The translations under genes were made by a program, and so were the position numbers. The notes below the pieces were generated by a model. It was not told the origin of the DNA. It did not search any database and saw nothing but the letters and a program-made list of their open reading frames with translations. A DNA stretch of 64,000 bases. Origin: Lobosporangium transversale. Lineage: Eukaryota. Location of the stretch: assembly GCF_002105155.1 (NCBI RefSeq), contig NW_019029004.1, positions 248,001 through 312,000 of the forward strand, given 5' to 3'. Below are positions 1 to 11,760 of this stretch, piece after piece (position 1 is the stretch's first letter; each line of letters opens with the position of its first letter).

Positions 1-882
<882 letters not shown>

Positions 883-1842
883 AAAAAGTAAACTAGTATA
901 ATGTTGACCATTCATATTCTCCCAAAAAAAAAGAGTTTATTAAAAAAATGTCCATGTATATACTTTTTTCACGATAAGATTTGGTAATTTTCTCACGCTC
1001 CTTTTTGTAGCCATTATGATTTTGGGTTTTAAAAAGCAGTAACAATCACTTCATGAACTTCATAGTAGTGCCATATCTAAGTTATAAATCCCTCTGGATG
1101 TCAACCTTTTTCTTCTTTTTTAAAAAAACTTCGAGGATGACTCTGTACAGATAGATAATCGATAAAAATGGATCGAAGAATTGAGATTCTACAACACTTT
1201 AATGTTACAAAGAATATCGACCTGCCTTGATACCATCTTCAATTTTATATAACTACCATTTCAACTACTGGTTAGGGGAAGCATCCTTTTTTCCTTTTAT
1301 GCGGGGCTTTCCTCCGGTCTACACCCTTATTAGTGTGCTGTTCCCACGGATACAATTAGTTTTCTATGCTCTAACTTTAAACAGACCATGATTCTAGGCG
1401 AAGCACCTAGAAGAATCAGAATGACTATTTAGTTTGAACATCTGGCATGACACTTTGTGGCATTACGCATAATACTTCACAGCATTTAATAATTCCTAAA
1501 GGCCCTAGACTTATCTGTCATGGTCTGACACAACTTTAAGATCGTCAAAGATGTACCATATAGGCCGCTGCGACTTATATGACAACTAAGGTGCTATTTA
1601 GGTGGTAACTCATGGTACCTTTGTATATATTATGCCATCTGATTTGAAATAGAGACACTCCTCTTTGACTTATTGGGCCTTAGTTCTCAAAGGCTAGTAA
1701 GCTTGTTTGTAAAAGATTAGAGTATTGCAAAGTTGTTACGTATTCAACAGTTCGCAGGATCGTTAATACCAAAGCGCGTATCCCACTTAGGAATATTGTG
1801 CTAGAAACAAAAATGTTAAAATTTTCAACCGCGATTTTCTTC

Positions 1843-1898
1843 CATAGAGTGTAGAAAATAAATCCCATGACCCCTGAGGGTCCTTGTTATCAAAAAAA
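1843..1898 (+). mobile_element. About 50-bp 5'-truncated LINE 3' end with short poly(A) and TSD
   Basis: Near-exact reverse complement of 5029-5076, followed by A7; flanked by tcaaccgcgattttcttc (1825-1842) and tcaaatgcgattttcttc (1899-1916). Confidence 0.85.
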
Positions 1899-2574
1899 TC
1901 AAATGCGATTTTCTTCAGAGACCATTATTAGCCGATCACACGCATCATGACACATATTACCCAAGATACAAGTTAGGGTTATGTGAATGCTTTGCTTTGC
2001 TGCATAGAGCACATGAAGCCTCAATATGGGACGCGTAAACAGTTGGGCGTAGAACCGCTTGAAATAGCACCCCAAAAGGCGAATAAATGCCTCTTAAATA
2101 TAATTTTATGGACCCGAACTTTTTAAATACTACGGATGACTGGAACCCTGAAGCTCCATCATGGTCCATGAAGGAAAATGACACTAAAGCACAAACGCAT
2201 ATAAGAACAGCCAAGAAAGGGATGGTAATTTGAATAAAGGATGAGCATGAGATAGAACGCTGGATCATACCCCATAGAATTACTATTTCCTATGTGGCCC
2301 ATTGTGTGGAAACCACGTCCACTGACCCAGATATAACGCTACTGGTTCAGCTTCAAGCTCCTATAACCACTTATAATGCTCAACCTCAATAATTCGTTAT
2401 TTTATCTCCTTTCTAGTTTCAACAATAAACGGTGTGTATCTTCACTGAGTTAAGCTGACGAAATTAAATCCCTATAAGCGTCCCCTACTCAAGGCACCCA
2501 TATCCACAACTCCTTTTTACCATCCTAAAATGAGTCTTCCTCATGCGAAGGAGTGCAAATAAAGGACCACTGAG

Positions 2575-4100
2575 CTTTTTATTGGTAATTGAGGTCCAGA
2601 AGTCGTGAGGCTTTATTAAAACTGATCTCTATAAATGGGTTTCCCTATAGCTACGAGATACTAATTTAGGGCTTTTTAATAGCTACTCTTGGCTGCATCG
2701 TTGTATATACGATACTCTTATTCACAGACCACGTCAGCGTGAGAACCTTTGATGCCTATGAAGCCTGTGATGAGTCCTTTTTATAACACTGCGTCTCTCT
2801 AGTCGAACAATGCTTTAAAACTGAAGGGCTACCTAGTTACATAACCTTTTTTTTGACAACGAGAGCCTGCGAGACCACATAGACTTTATTAATCTGTCAG
2901 CTCTGTAAATGAGTTGCCCATTTCTGGGGAGCATTACTGTGGAAAGAGTAGTCAGGACGTTTTTTTATTATTATTTTTTTTAATAACGAGATCATGTAGG
3001 ATTTATGTGGTCAGGATTTTTTTTTTTGATCCACGAGGCGGATATGGCCTAGGGCTGCTTCAACCTTTTTTTTTTATTTTTTTTTTTTATAACAATTTGA
3101 CTTTCTAAACGAACAACGCTATAAAACTGAAGACCTATCTAGTCCAAAATGTACTTAATGTTCCATCCTCCGGAGAGGATCGCTTTGCAGTCGCCATAAG
3201 CTTAGTCACATTCCCTTAGCTAGTCCTTCGGGTGCGGTGCAACTATTGCCACGGCTCATCACCGTGTTTAACGTCGAAAACATACTGTTGCAGGAAAAAA
3301 AATCGTCTTCATCTTTCCCATGGTTGTTAACCGTCCCTTTCTTAACAAGCTCTGCAATAGAATCTTGTCTGCGGCGGGTGGGTCTAACGTAGGTCCTGGA
3401 CAGCACCTGCCGCGATGCGCACCCATTGCCGTACCATAAAGACAAAAGCCTTCTGCTGCCATAAAGCCGTATCCGTTGCTCCACCCACCTCTTGGTCTAG
3501 TGTGTGGTGCACGTTTCTGCCTCGGTCTCACACCTCGGCCCTTCTCCTTGGCGATGATTTTCTTATAGCGTGGCTTCTAAATCAACTCCGTGGCCTGCTG
3601 CTCAAGGTAGTCAACGAACTTATGAATCACTTTACGAGCGATAGATCGCGCTGTGTGGAATAAAGGACCCCATTCGTTGATCAAACCAAACGGTGTACCT
3701 CGGTAGAGATCGCTGAAGCTTCATTTGAGATCAGGATTTTTTTTTTCTATAAATGGGTTGCCCCATTACTGGGGTCGCAAATAAAGCGGTATCAAATAAT
3801 CGGCCGAAGCCGCATCGTCATACTGCCACAGTACAACATCCTGTTCATAAATCACGTCAGTATTGAGAAGGATTCCTTGGTCCCTGGGGACCTGTGGCAC
3901 GGCTCTACCCTCAGGGCTGGCCCATCTCAGGTTTGTGCTCTTGTGGTCTTTGTTGTGTTTGGTAGTGTTTGGTAGTGGCTGCACGACACTAGCGATCTAT
4001 GCGCGACAGAGCCTCCTCCCTGGCCTAGGGCACTACAGGCCCATACGTGACCGTTGTTTTCGTCTTCAACCTCACAGACACAGCAAACTCGATCTGTAAA
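2575..4100 (-). mobile_element. Stack of degenerate LINE 3' fragments from related families
   Basis: Several poly(T)-headed segments. 2630-2780, 2905-2950 and 3745-3940 resemble the 3'UTR at 4165-4335. The ORF at 3268-3531 ends ADKILLQSLLRKGRLTTM, similar to the LINE C-terminus ADDRVRDSYLGKTKLDVM. Boundaries are approximate. Confidence 0.7.
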
Positions 4101-4107
4101 GAGGGGG

Positions 4108-4857
4108 GTTTTTTTTAATAACTGGGACTCACGAGGTTGCGAGGATTTATTAGAACTAGACTCAACAATTGGGTTGCCCTATTACTAGGGGCGCAAATGG
4201 GGCGTTTTCCAATGGTCGGTCTAAACCGCATCGTTGAACTGTCACTGTACAACATCCTATTCACAAACCGCATCAACATGAATGGCAACTCTTGGTCCCT
4301 ACGGAACCTGTGACGAGCCCCGCTCCCTACTTGGCCTGTTGTGCGCGAAAGTCATCTTCTAGCCGCAGTCCTCAATCATCAAAAAGCGACACCCTCCAGC
4401 CGCTCCATTACTGTCAGTTCTAATTGTTGCCGATAGCTCCCTGCTACTCTTTGGTCAGCTTCCGTCCTGATCGCTTTCACGTCAGCTGTTCGTCGTTTTC
4501 TCAAGGTAGGTCCTAAGATATCACCTCTGCTACGTCTGTGCTGCCCAACACAGGTGCATCCCCTGGCGCGTTTGCTCACAGAGGCGATGCCTTTAGTTCT
4601 TTCCCAGTCGACAGTGACTTTACAGCGTCTGTTCCAGATCTCAGTCCTCCCGATCCCCTCGATAACTTTGATAAATCTGCAAACCACATTTTTTGCAATA
4701 GATGTGGTTGCCTTGAAAGTACTTTTCCAATTCTTGACCATGTCTGTGGGCACCAAACCATGGTAGAGGTCTTGTACTGTTCTGATAGCTCCCTCGCCGT
4801 CGTAATACAATCCGGTCGCCTGTCGAATAGAAGCAGGCAACAGCTCTTGATCTGGAT

Positions 4858-4859
<2 letters not shown>
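4108..4859 (-). mobile_element. 5'-truncated LINE (second family): ORF2 C-terminus, 3'UTR and poly(A); host of later insertions
   Basis: ORF has VQDLYHGL...GRTEIWNRRCKVTVDWER...LTVMERL, paralogous to 5227-6306; T-run at about 4108-4116 with AATAAA on the minus strand. Confidence 0.88.
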
Positions 4860-4888
<29 letters not shown>

Positions 4889-4917
4889 GATAACAAGGAC
4901 CCTCAGGCTCATGGGAT
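4860..4917 (-). mobile_element. Micro-insertion: 29 bp of LINE 3' end plus poly(A), 20-bp TSD
   Basis: Perfect direct repeat acagctcttgatctggataa at 4840-4859 and 4918-4937 flanks a T-run plus gataacaaggaccctcaggctcatgggat. Confidence 0.92.
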
Positions 4918-4947
4918 ACAGCTCTTGATCTGGATAAAGGGTCTAGC

Positions 4948-5011
4948 TTTTTCTTTTTCTTTTTTTTTTTTTTTTTTTTTTTTTTTCGATCGATAAAACA
5001 AGGATCCTCAG
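4948..5011 (-). mobile_element. Second micro-insertion of a LINE 3' end, later split by the large LINE (remainder at 10116-10138)
   Basis: TSD ctggataaagggtctagc at 4930-4947 and ctggataaaggggtctagc at 10139-10157; T-rich tail at 4948-4986. Confidence 0.85.
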
Positions 5012-5226
5012 TTTTTTTTTTTTTTTTTGATAACAAGGACCCTCAGGGTCATGGGATTTATTTTCTACATTCTATGAACAAAATGCTCCAGAAACTATAG
5101 TCAATTAACAGTTATTACTGCACAAACGACAAGAGCCGCTGTATCCATGATTTCATAAACCCTGACCGCCGTGGTTGGTACTCAAAGTCCACCTTTCCGA
5201 CGTGGCCTGTTGCGCAACACGACAAA

Positions 5227-8200
5227 TTATCCGCTATCCATAGTCATCAAAAACTTCATTCCACCTAGCCGCTCCATCACGTCCAGTTTGGTTTTCCCAA
5301 GGTAACTGTCCCGGACTCGGTCATCCGCGATCTTGTAGATCTCTTTTACATTCAGCTTCTGTCTTTGTCTGAGGGAAGGGACAAGGAAATCATTGCTACT
5401 ACGTCTGTGCTCCCCAACACAGTTGCGTCCTCTAGCGCGTTTGCTCATAGCAGTGATTCCACGAGCCTTTTCCCATTCAACGGTGACTTTACACCGTTTG
5501 TTCCAGATTTCTGTACGACCGAATTCCTCTATGGCCTTGACGAAGCGCCCTGCCATATATGTAGCTATCCTTGTTGTTGTTTTGAAGCCAACTTTCCAAC
5601 TCTGAGCAATGGACTTGGGCGTAAGTCCATGGTAAATGTCCTGCACAGACCAATCTGGTGTGTGCTCTCTCTCTTCCTCATCATCACCGTTCCTATCACC
5701 ACGGCGTCGTACTTCTCGCACACCATCGATATGCATCTCCAGAGTTTTCCAAATGTAGTCCTCCTCTGCCGCAGTAAAAGTTGGCTCTTTTGTCCTTGGT
5801 GGGTCTACACCTCTCTCTCTGGCCCTTTGTGCTTGCTCCTGCACTGCTTTCAACTCTTTCTTCCATGTCCTCTCCCCTATCACATTCACATTTTGGATTA
5901 TCTCCTTCCACTTCTCGGCCTGAGTCTCCATCGTCCTTGGACATCTCCAGATGTGCGATGTGTCTTCATCCTCTGTCCCACACACTCTGCAGTTGCCGTC
6001 TTCATAAAGGTCTGGCCTCCAGTGTCTCATATATGACTGTGTAGGCAACATTCCATGGAGTTTCTTGATCCTGTGCGCTCGCTTTTGGCAGTCCGCTGGG
6101 CTGGTGAAGAGTCCTTTCGGTAGGTTGCTATCATGAACAATGTTCATAGTAGCTCGCCAATCAATTTTTGTCCAATCCTTAACATGCTCCTGCGTCCTGT
6201 TCTGAGCGATCCACGTGTGATGTGTACGAGTTGTTGACTGTAACTTAAGGATCTGCCTTAAGTCATCTTCCGCTGGTACACCGTTGAACTTTGCATGGCA
6301 GTACATGTCATTATGCTCCGTTATGTTGATATCCCATAGCTCGCCATAATGTCCATGTTTTGCTGCTTCGTCCGCTTCTTCGTTCCCTCTGTTGCCGGCA
6401 TGTCCTTTGACCCACTCGACCGTGACTTCCGATCCTTGTTGAATAAATGCGGTGATCTAATACGTTGTCGCAACGTGCTATCCACTCTGCCTCGGACCAA
6501 TGCTCGGAATTGAGTCACAACTGCGCTGTTATCAAGTCGGATTGTCATAGGTCTGTTTCGTGGGCTGATAAGTATTCCTGCCAACAAACCAGCTAGCTCT
6601 GCCTTTGTCGAGGATGCGTTGCCTGCTACTCTACCAGATAGCGCAGTGTAAAACTCACCCTCTAGTGTCTGGACTACCACACCAAATGCCATACTTACTC
6701 TTTCAGTGCCAATATCTTTGAGAGATCCATCCGTATAAATGACATTACCCGGCTGGGTATTGTACCGTTCCCTTTGGCGTTGGATTTTCTCCTCGGTATT
6801 GGCACTAATGATAACTCCATTTGTGTCCCTGGCTAGGCCTCTGTTGACTTCAGGGATCACTTTTAGGCACGGTGTCTCGTTGGAATCCAGGTCGACTTTT
6901 GCTCTCCTTAGCAGAGCTTGCTCGCTCAGACCCTCATATCTCCTTGTGTTCTGGGTCCGGCGTCTCCTCGCTTCTTCGCGGGCTCGCATGCGTTCACCAT
7001 GCCTTCGCTCTCGGTCCTGGTGGCGTTCTGCTCTTCTGACTATGGCATCTAACTTTGCTCTTTGTCGCCTAAGATTATGTTCTCTGGTTGCTCTGCGCGC
7101 CTCTTTCATAACAGCTTCTCGTCTCTTTTTCCGCTCCTTCTGTTGATCTAGAATCCACTTAATTCCAATTGGTGGCTCAACAGCTTGATTAGCCGGTGAT
7201 ACTGTCAAAGTTCTGTTCGCTGCCTCATCCTTTATGAATTGGTTGAGTGCACGAATCGCTTCTCGATCTTCGTCTTCTGTATCCCCGTCTACCGAGCTGA
7301 CATAACTACTGTCGCTGTTGCTGTCATCATCACTGACGTCTAAGAGTGCCAGTTTCCTCCTGTTCCATTCTCTTGCATGCCTACCCACATAATCGTTGTC
7401 GAAGCAAAAGTTTTGAAGTTGGTTGAACCAGAATGGCGAAACTTTAGGCCCTCCGTAACGGGTCCTGAATGCGTGCCATGAGATCATGTCCTCCTTATCA
7501 TCCGTAAGTATTTGATCCACAAAGTATACCATACGCTTGGTGAGCGCCTTCCATACGTGTGGTAATTCTCCGTTTAGCCATTTCCATGTCGAGAGAGCGT
7601 TGTGTGGGAGACCAAATTCGGCTGCGATCGATAGGTCGAAAGTAATGTTACGATTCCTCATTTCTTCACAAACATTCGATATAAAGTTGTGGCGATACTT
7701 TTTGACACGATGTGGCTCCAAAGTTGGCGAGACTTCCATCTTATTCCTGTGCTGCAGCATCAGTACTCGTGTCCGACATATCCGTCCCATTACATTGCTG
7801 TCATTAAGTCGAAGCGCCAGGGTAGATATTTGTTCTTCCGCTTGAGCGTTCGCCAAGTCTTTGATGGCATACAATCTATTGTGGTTCATAATGCTGTTTG
7901 GCGTAGTTGATGGCATACGTGCTTTCCGCTTACACAGTGACATATACTTACCAGTCATCTTCTGTAGGAACGTTGGTGGCAACATTTGGGCCGAAATTCT
8001 ATACAGCACCTTTGGGATGAGCACATTATTGACAATATACGTTGTCTGCCGATCTGTCAGGGCTTTGGACCGGAGAATGTTACAGGTCGTTTCTATTTCC
8101 TGCTCCACTATTTGCTGTGTTGCTGTTGGATTTCCTGTTGCTGTGACCCAAACACCAAGAATCCGTACCGATTCATTCTTTTCCACTGGTCGGATCTCTT

Positions 8201-10115
8201 CTGTAGGTGTCCCAAATTTCAGCGTGCTCCTCCTATCCTGCTTGCTGTTGATACAGATGACCTGCGTTTTCTTGGCGTTCACTTCCACCCCGTTAAGAAT
8301 GAAGAATGTCGTTGCAATGTCAAGTATCTCCTGCATATGTGCTTTGGAGTCCGATATCCATGTAGTATCATCCACGAAAGCAAGGCCAGCAACTGATGGT
8401 GTCCCTCTTGGTCCCTCTAGACTATATCCAGTGCTACTGTCTATAATTTCACACAGGAGTGCATCATATGCTATTCTCCATAAAAGCGGACATTCCACTC
8501 CACCTTGATCCAAACCGCACTCTGGATGATACTCGTCAGTTGGTCCGTATTTAGTAATCACCCTGTTCACTTTGGAAATGGCGATGTTTTCACATAGGCG
8601 TATGAACTGTTCAGGGACCTGGAGCCGTCTTAGTCCGCGAGAAAGCATCCCATCGGGGGCGCAGTTGACAGAGTCGAAACACCGTTTCATGTCTTGGAAC
8701 ACAATCCACTGTTCTTTCTTGAACTCTCTTGCGTCTTCCATTGCCGCTTGCAGGATATGGATTGGATCCTTAGTGGTAGTACCTTTAAGAACAGAGAAGT
8801 TTGGTCCTCGTAGAATATCGTGCCTGGCCATGATCGCGCTTAACCTATTTGTTATTACTGCAAACATTATTTTCCGTGCGTGCTCCAACAAAGCTATCGG
8901 CCTTACCTCTGCCATGTTTCCTGACCATTCTGGAGCTTTTGGTATGCAATAGAGGAGCCCCGTCTTCCAATCCTTGGGGACGTCTTCTTGCACGATAGTG
9001 GCACTTATGATTTGGAAGAGGATAAAGAGCCCCTGCGGTCCTTGGTGTTGGATCATTTCGTTCGTAATGCCTGACACACCAGCTGCCTTGTTTTTGGGTG
9101 CATCCAGGACCACAGCTGAAAACTCATTTCTGCTTGGTGGATCCATCAGACCGTCGTACCATTCACTCTTGATCCACCTCTGAGGGCTATATTGCTTCTG
9201 CCATCTCGAACCCGGCTCTAGCGGTTTTGACGGCCTAGGTCCGTGCCACTTGTCGAACCATGCCCGTACCTTCTCTTTAACTTGCTTTTTTTTTTTTTTT
9301 TTTTTTTTTTCCTGTTAACAAGAACCCACAGAGGTGAGGAATTTTATTTCATAATCTCGCTCTAAAGTAATGATATCGCCCTCAACTATGAAACAAGCGA
9401 AACTCTCAAAGTTCGCACGGGATGGCTGTGAAGAGCCAATTCGTATCCATGTTTTTCTCTACCAATGTACACCGTGATCGGTACTCGAAGTCCATCCTTC
9501 CGATGTGGCCTGTTGCGCCCGTGAAAAGCTGCGGAGGCTGGCGTGCCGACTCTAGCTAAGGACGACTTTTAATTTTTTCTATTCGATCAAATCCACTGGC
9601 ATGTGGACCCAAATCTTGCGGAATTGGTCTGAAATTTCTATTTTGGACTCCGTCAAACTTTGTGATCATCGCTGTCCTAGTCAAGTGGGTGGATGGGGGG
9701 ATGTGCTGCCAGATGTACCGCTGGTTCGGCTGGGGGGTGGAATATAAACCTAAGACATGTGGCCAGCCAGGCGACTTAGGGTAGTGCACCCACGATCTTA
9801 GCCTTAGCGGAGAACACTAGGCTGTCTCGGAGAGAAAGTATAAAAACTCAAGCAAATCCCTGACCTGGCACATGTTTGCTTCACTTTATGTGCCTTAACC
9901 AGGACTCGAACCCGGCCCCTGGGCTAGACAGGAGGGTGCCCTGACGAGTATACTACTCAGCCATTGGGGCCTTCTCTTTAACTTGCTGTGGCTCTAGACT
10001 ATTCACTGTGACACCGCCTTCGTCGTCCTGAATCCGGTCTATTGTCACTTTACCTCCACCACGTCCCAGCACTTTGTCTATCATTTTCCCTGTTGCCGAC
10101 TTCAACTCTCCACAG
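5227..10115 (-). pseudogene. Disrupted LINE ORF2 (RT-RNase H-ZnF)
   Basis: The frame continues across the SINE once it is removed (..SLEPQQVKEK|VRAWFDKWHG..GLMDPP). A frameshift near 6445 inside RNase H separates ORFs 6321-9146 and 5227-6306. No endonuclease domain remains. Confidence 0.9.
9286..9970 (-). mobile_element. Full-length tRNA-derived SINE (about 685 bp) with LINE-like 3' tail
   Basis: TSD cttctctttaacttgc at 9270-9285 and 9971-9986; poly(T) at 9286-9310. Head 9970-9891 has A box TGGCTGAGTAG, B box GGTTCGAGTCC and an intact T arm. 9431-9518 aligns with LINE 3'UTR 5131-5215. Confidence 0.92.
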
Positions 10116-10258
10116 CGATAAAACAAGGATCCTCAGGGCTGGATAAAGGGGTCTAGCTTGCATGTATTTTAAAAAAATGCAAATATGGGTCGTGCTCATA
10201 TAGAATGTATTAATATTGATATAATAATATGCTAAAAGTACACCATTCAACAAACCAA

Positions 10259-10329
10259 GAAAGTGTAGTATATGGGTATCATTCCGGCCTTCCAAGCCTG
10301 AGAACCGGGTTCGAGTCCCGGCACTTTCA
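10259..10329 (+). tRNA. tRNA-Gly (TCC)
   Basis: Acceptor stem GAAAGTG/CACTTTC, anticodon loop CT-TCC-AA, T arm CCGGG-TTCGAGT-CCCGG, T5 terminator immediately downstream; one mismatch in the anticodon stem. Confidence 0.9.
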
Positions 10330-11334
10330 TTTTAATAAGCTTCGGTCAAAATTTTTTGGATTAATGACAAGTTTTGATTGGAAACAGAGGGATCGCAAAT
10401 AGAAGCGATATCCAATAATAATAATCGGTCACAACTCCTTTGGCCTGTCGTACGCGAAGGACATCCTTTTGCTGAATTCCCCACCCCTCAAAAATTTATA
10501 GCTTTCCAAACGCTCCATAACCGCCTATTCCATCTGCTGTCGGTAGCTTGTCGCCACCTGCTGGACAGGACCAGTTCTTATCGCCATCATTTCTTTTTAA
10601 CTTTTTTTTTTTTTTTTTTTTTCTGAATGGTACGCGTATTTCTTGGGAGATGTTTGGCAAGGAACAGATACATGTATATATTTTATGTAAACGGATATTT
10701 TTCTCCACAAGCACGCACAGCATGAACGATGACGAGGTTGTCATTTTAGTGATACAACTGGATTCCCGGCGGCTGAATAGCCGCAATCAAAAAATCCGAG
10801 ATGCATTTTCCGAACTCGGCGGTAAATTTGAGGCACTAAAAAAAAAAAAATTTAGTGAGCAGGTTATAAAAAAAGCAAGGACAGAAACTGAGTTCACCCC
10901 CGCAAATCTCTGTCCAGTCATGTTCGAAGGGTTTGTTTACAACTCTACAAAGTGTATTTTCAGATCATCATGTGCTTATGATGAAGCAAAAGACTTCCCG
11001 CTTGGATCTGGTTGGGTTCACTTTATTGTCTCTTGATGTATAAAATCCAGAGTGACATCTAGACATCATGTCGAACATAATGGCATTCTTGACTTTTTAA
11101 TTTTCTGCAGTACTTCAATCCATACTCCTCTCTTTAAAAAAGTAGAAAAAATAAAAAATAAATAAAATTAAAGAAGAAGCCGATAAAAAAAGGCAAAAGA
11201 GATGCCTTTAGGAGACGAAAATGCTTCAATGCACAGACAGAGACGATGGCATCCAGACAGGCACAAGAATGTTAACGTATATTTATAATCTTTATTCTGG
11301 AATTCTAATTGATGGATACATATGATGTGACGAC

Positions 11335-11392
11335 GGGCCATGAAAAAATCTTCATGGGCCACGAAAAAATCTTTAGCGGGCCACGAAAAAGG
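11335..11392. repeat. Three tandem 21-22 bp units GGGCCAYGAAAAAATCTT
   Basis: Read directly from the sequence; third unit is partial. Confidence 0.8.
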
Positions 11393-11760
11393 TGCCTTAT
11401 TTGGCCTGCCGGCCTTGACAGCGTGTGGCTGTCGGAAACTCAACTCAAAAAAATAAACAAAATGTCACACACGATTCTCGCATCCATTGCTTTCACTTTC
11501 ACCGAGCTTCGGAGAAATCCTGCTGTATATATCTTGGTCTGTTTTGCACATCTTTTTTTCTAATCTCTTTTGCTTTCTTCTTTCTTCTTTCTTCTCTACT
11601 CCTCCTCCTTCCTCTCCTCTCACGCGTACGCACGCTCATTCTTTCTCTCCCCACTCTCCATCTCTCCATTCATCCTAATCACGACACATCTCACTCCTTA
11701 TTTAGATCTCGCCCTAGTTTCTTCACTTTCACTGATTTTATTTTTTATTCACATACAATA

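Larger units (their letters stand above)
5012..10115 (-). mobile_element. 5'-truncated non-LTR retrotransposon (LINE): RT, RNase H, CCHC zinc finger, 3'UTR, poly(A); 21-bp TSD
   Basis: TSD cgataaaacaaggatcctcag at 4991-5011 and 10116-10136; poly(T) at 5012-5028. RT motifs RPIALLE, FQDMKRCFDSV, GLDQGGVECPLLW, LAFVDD; RNase H motifs YTDGS, KAEL, LDN, WVKGHAGNRGNEEAD; CRVC..EDTSHIWRC finger. Confidence 0.96.

Noticed and set aside
4840..5060. CRISPR-like repeat-spacer array
   Set aside because: Eukaryotic context; the repeats are TSDs and LINE 3' termini with poly(A) tails.
9891..9970. Functional tRNA-Asp(GTC) on the minus strand
   Set aside because: Acceptor stem has two mismatches, the anticodon stem does not pair and the D region is expanded; it sits at the end of a TSD-bounded, poly(A)-tailed unit, so it is a SINE head.
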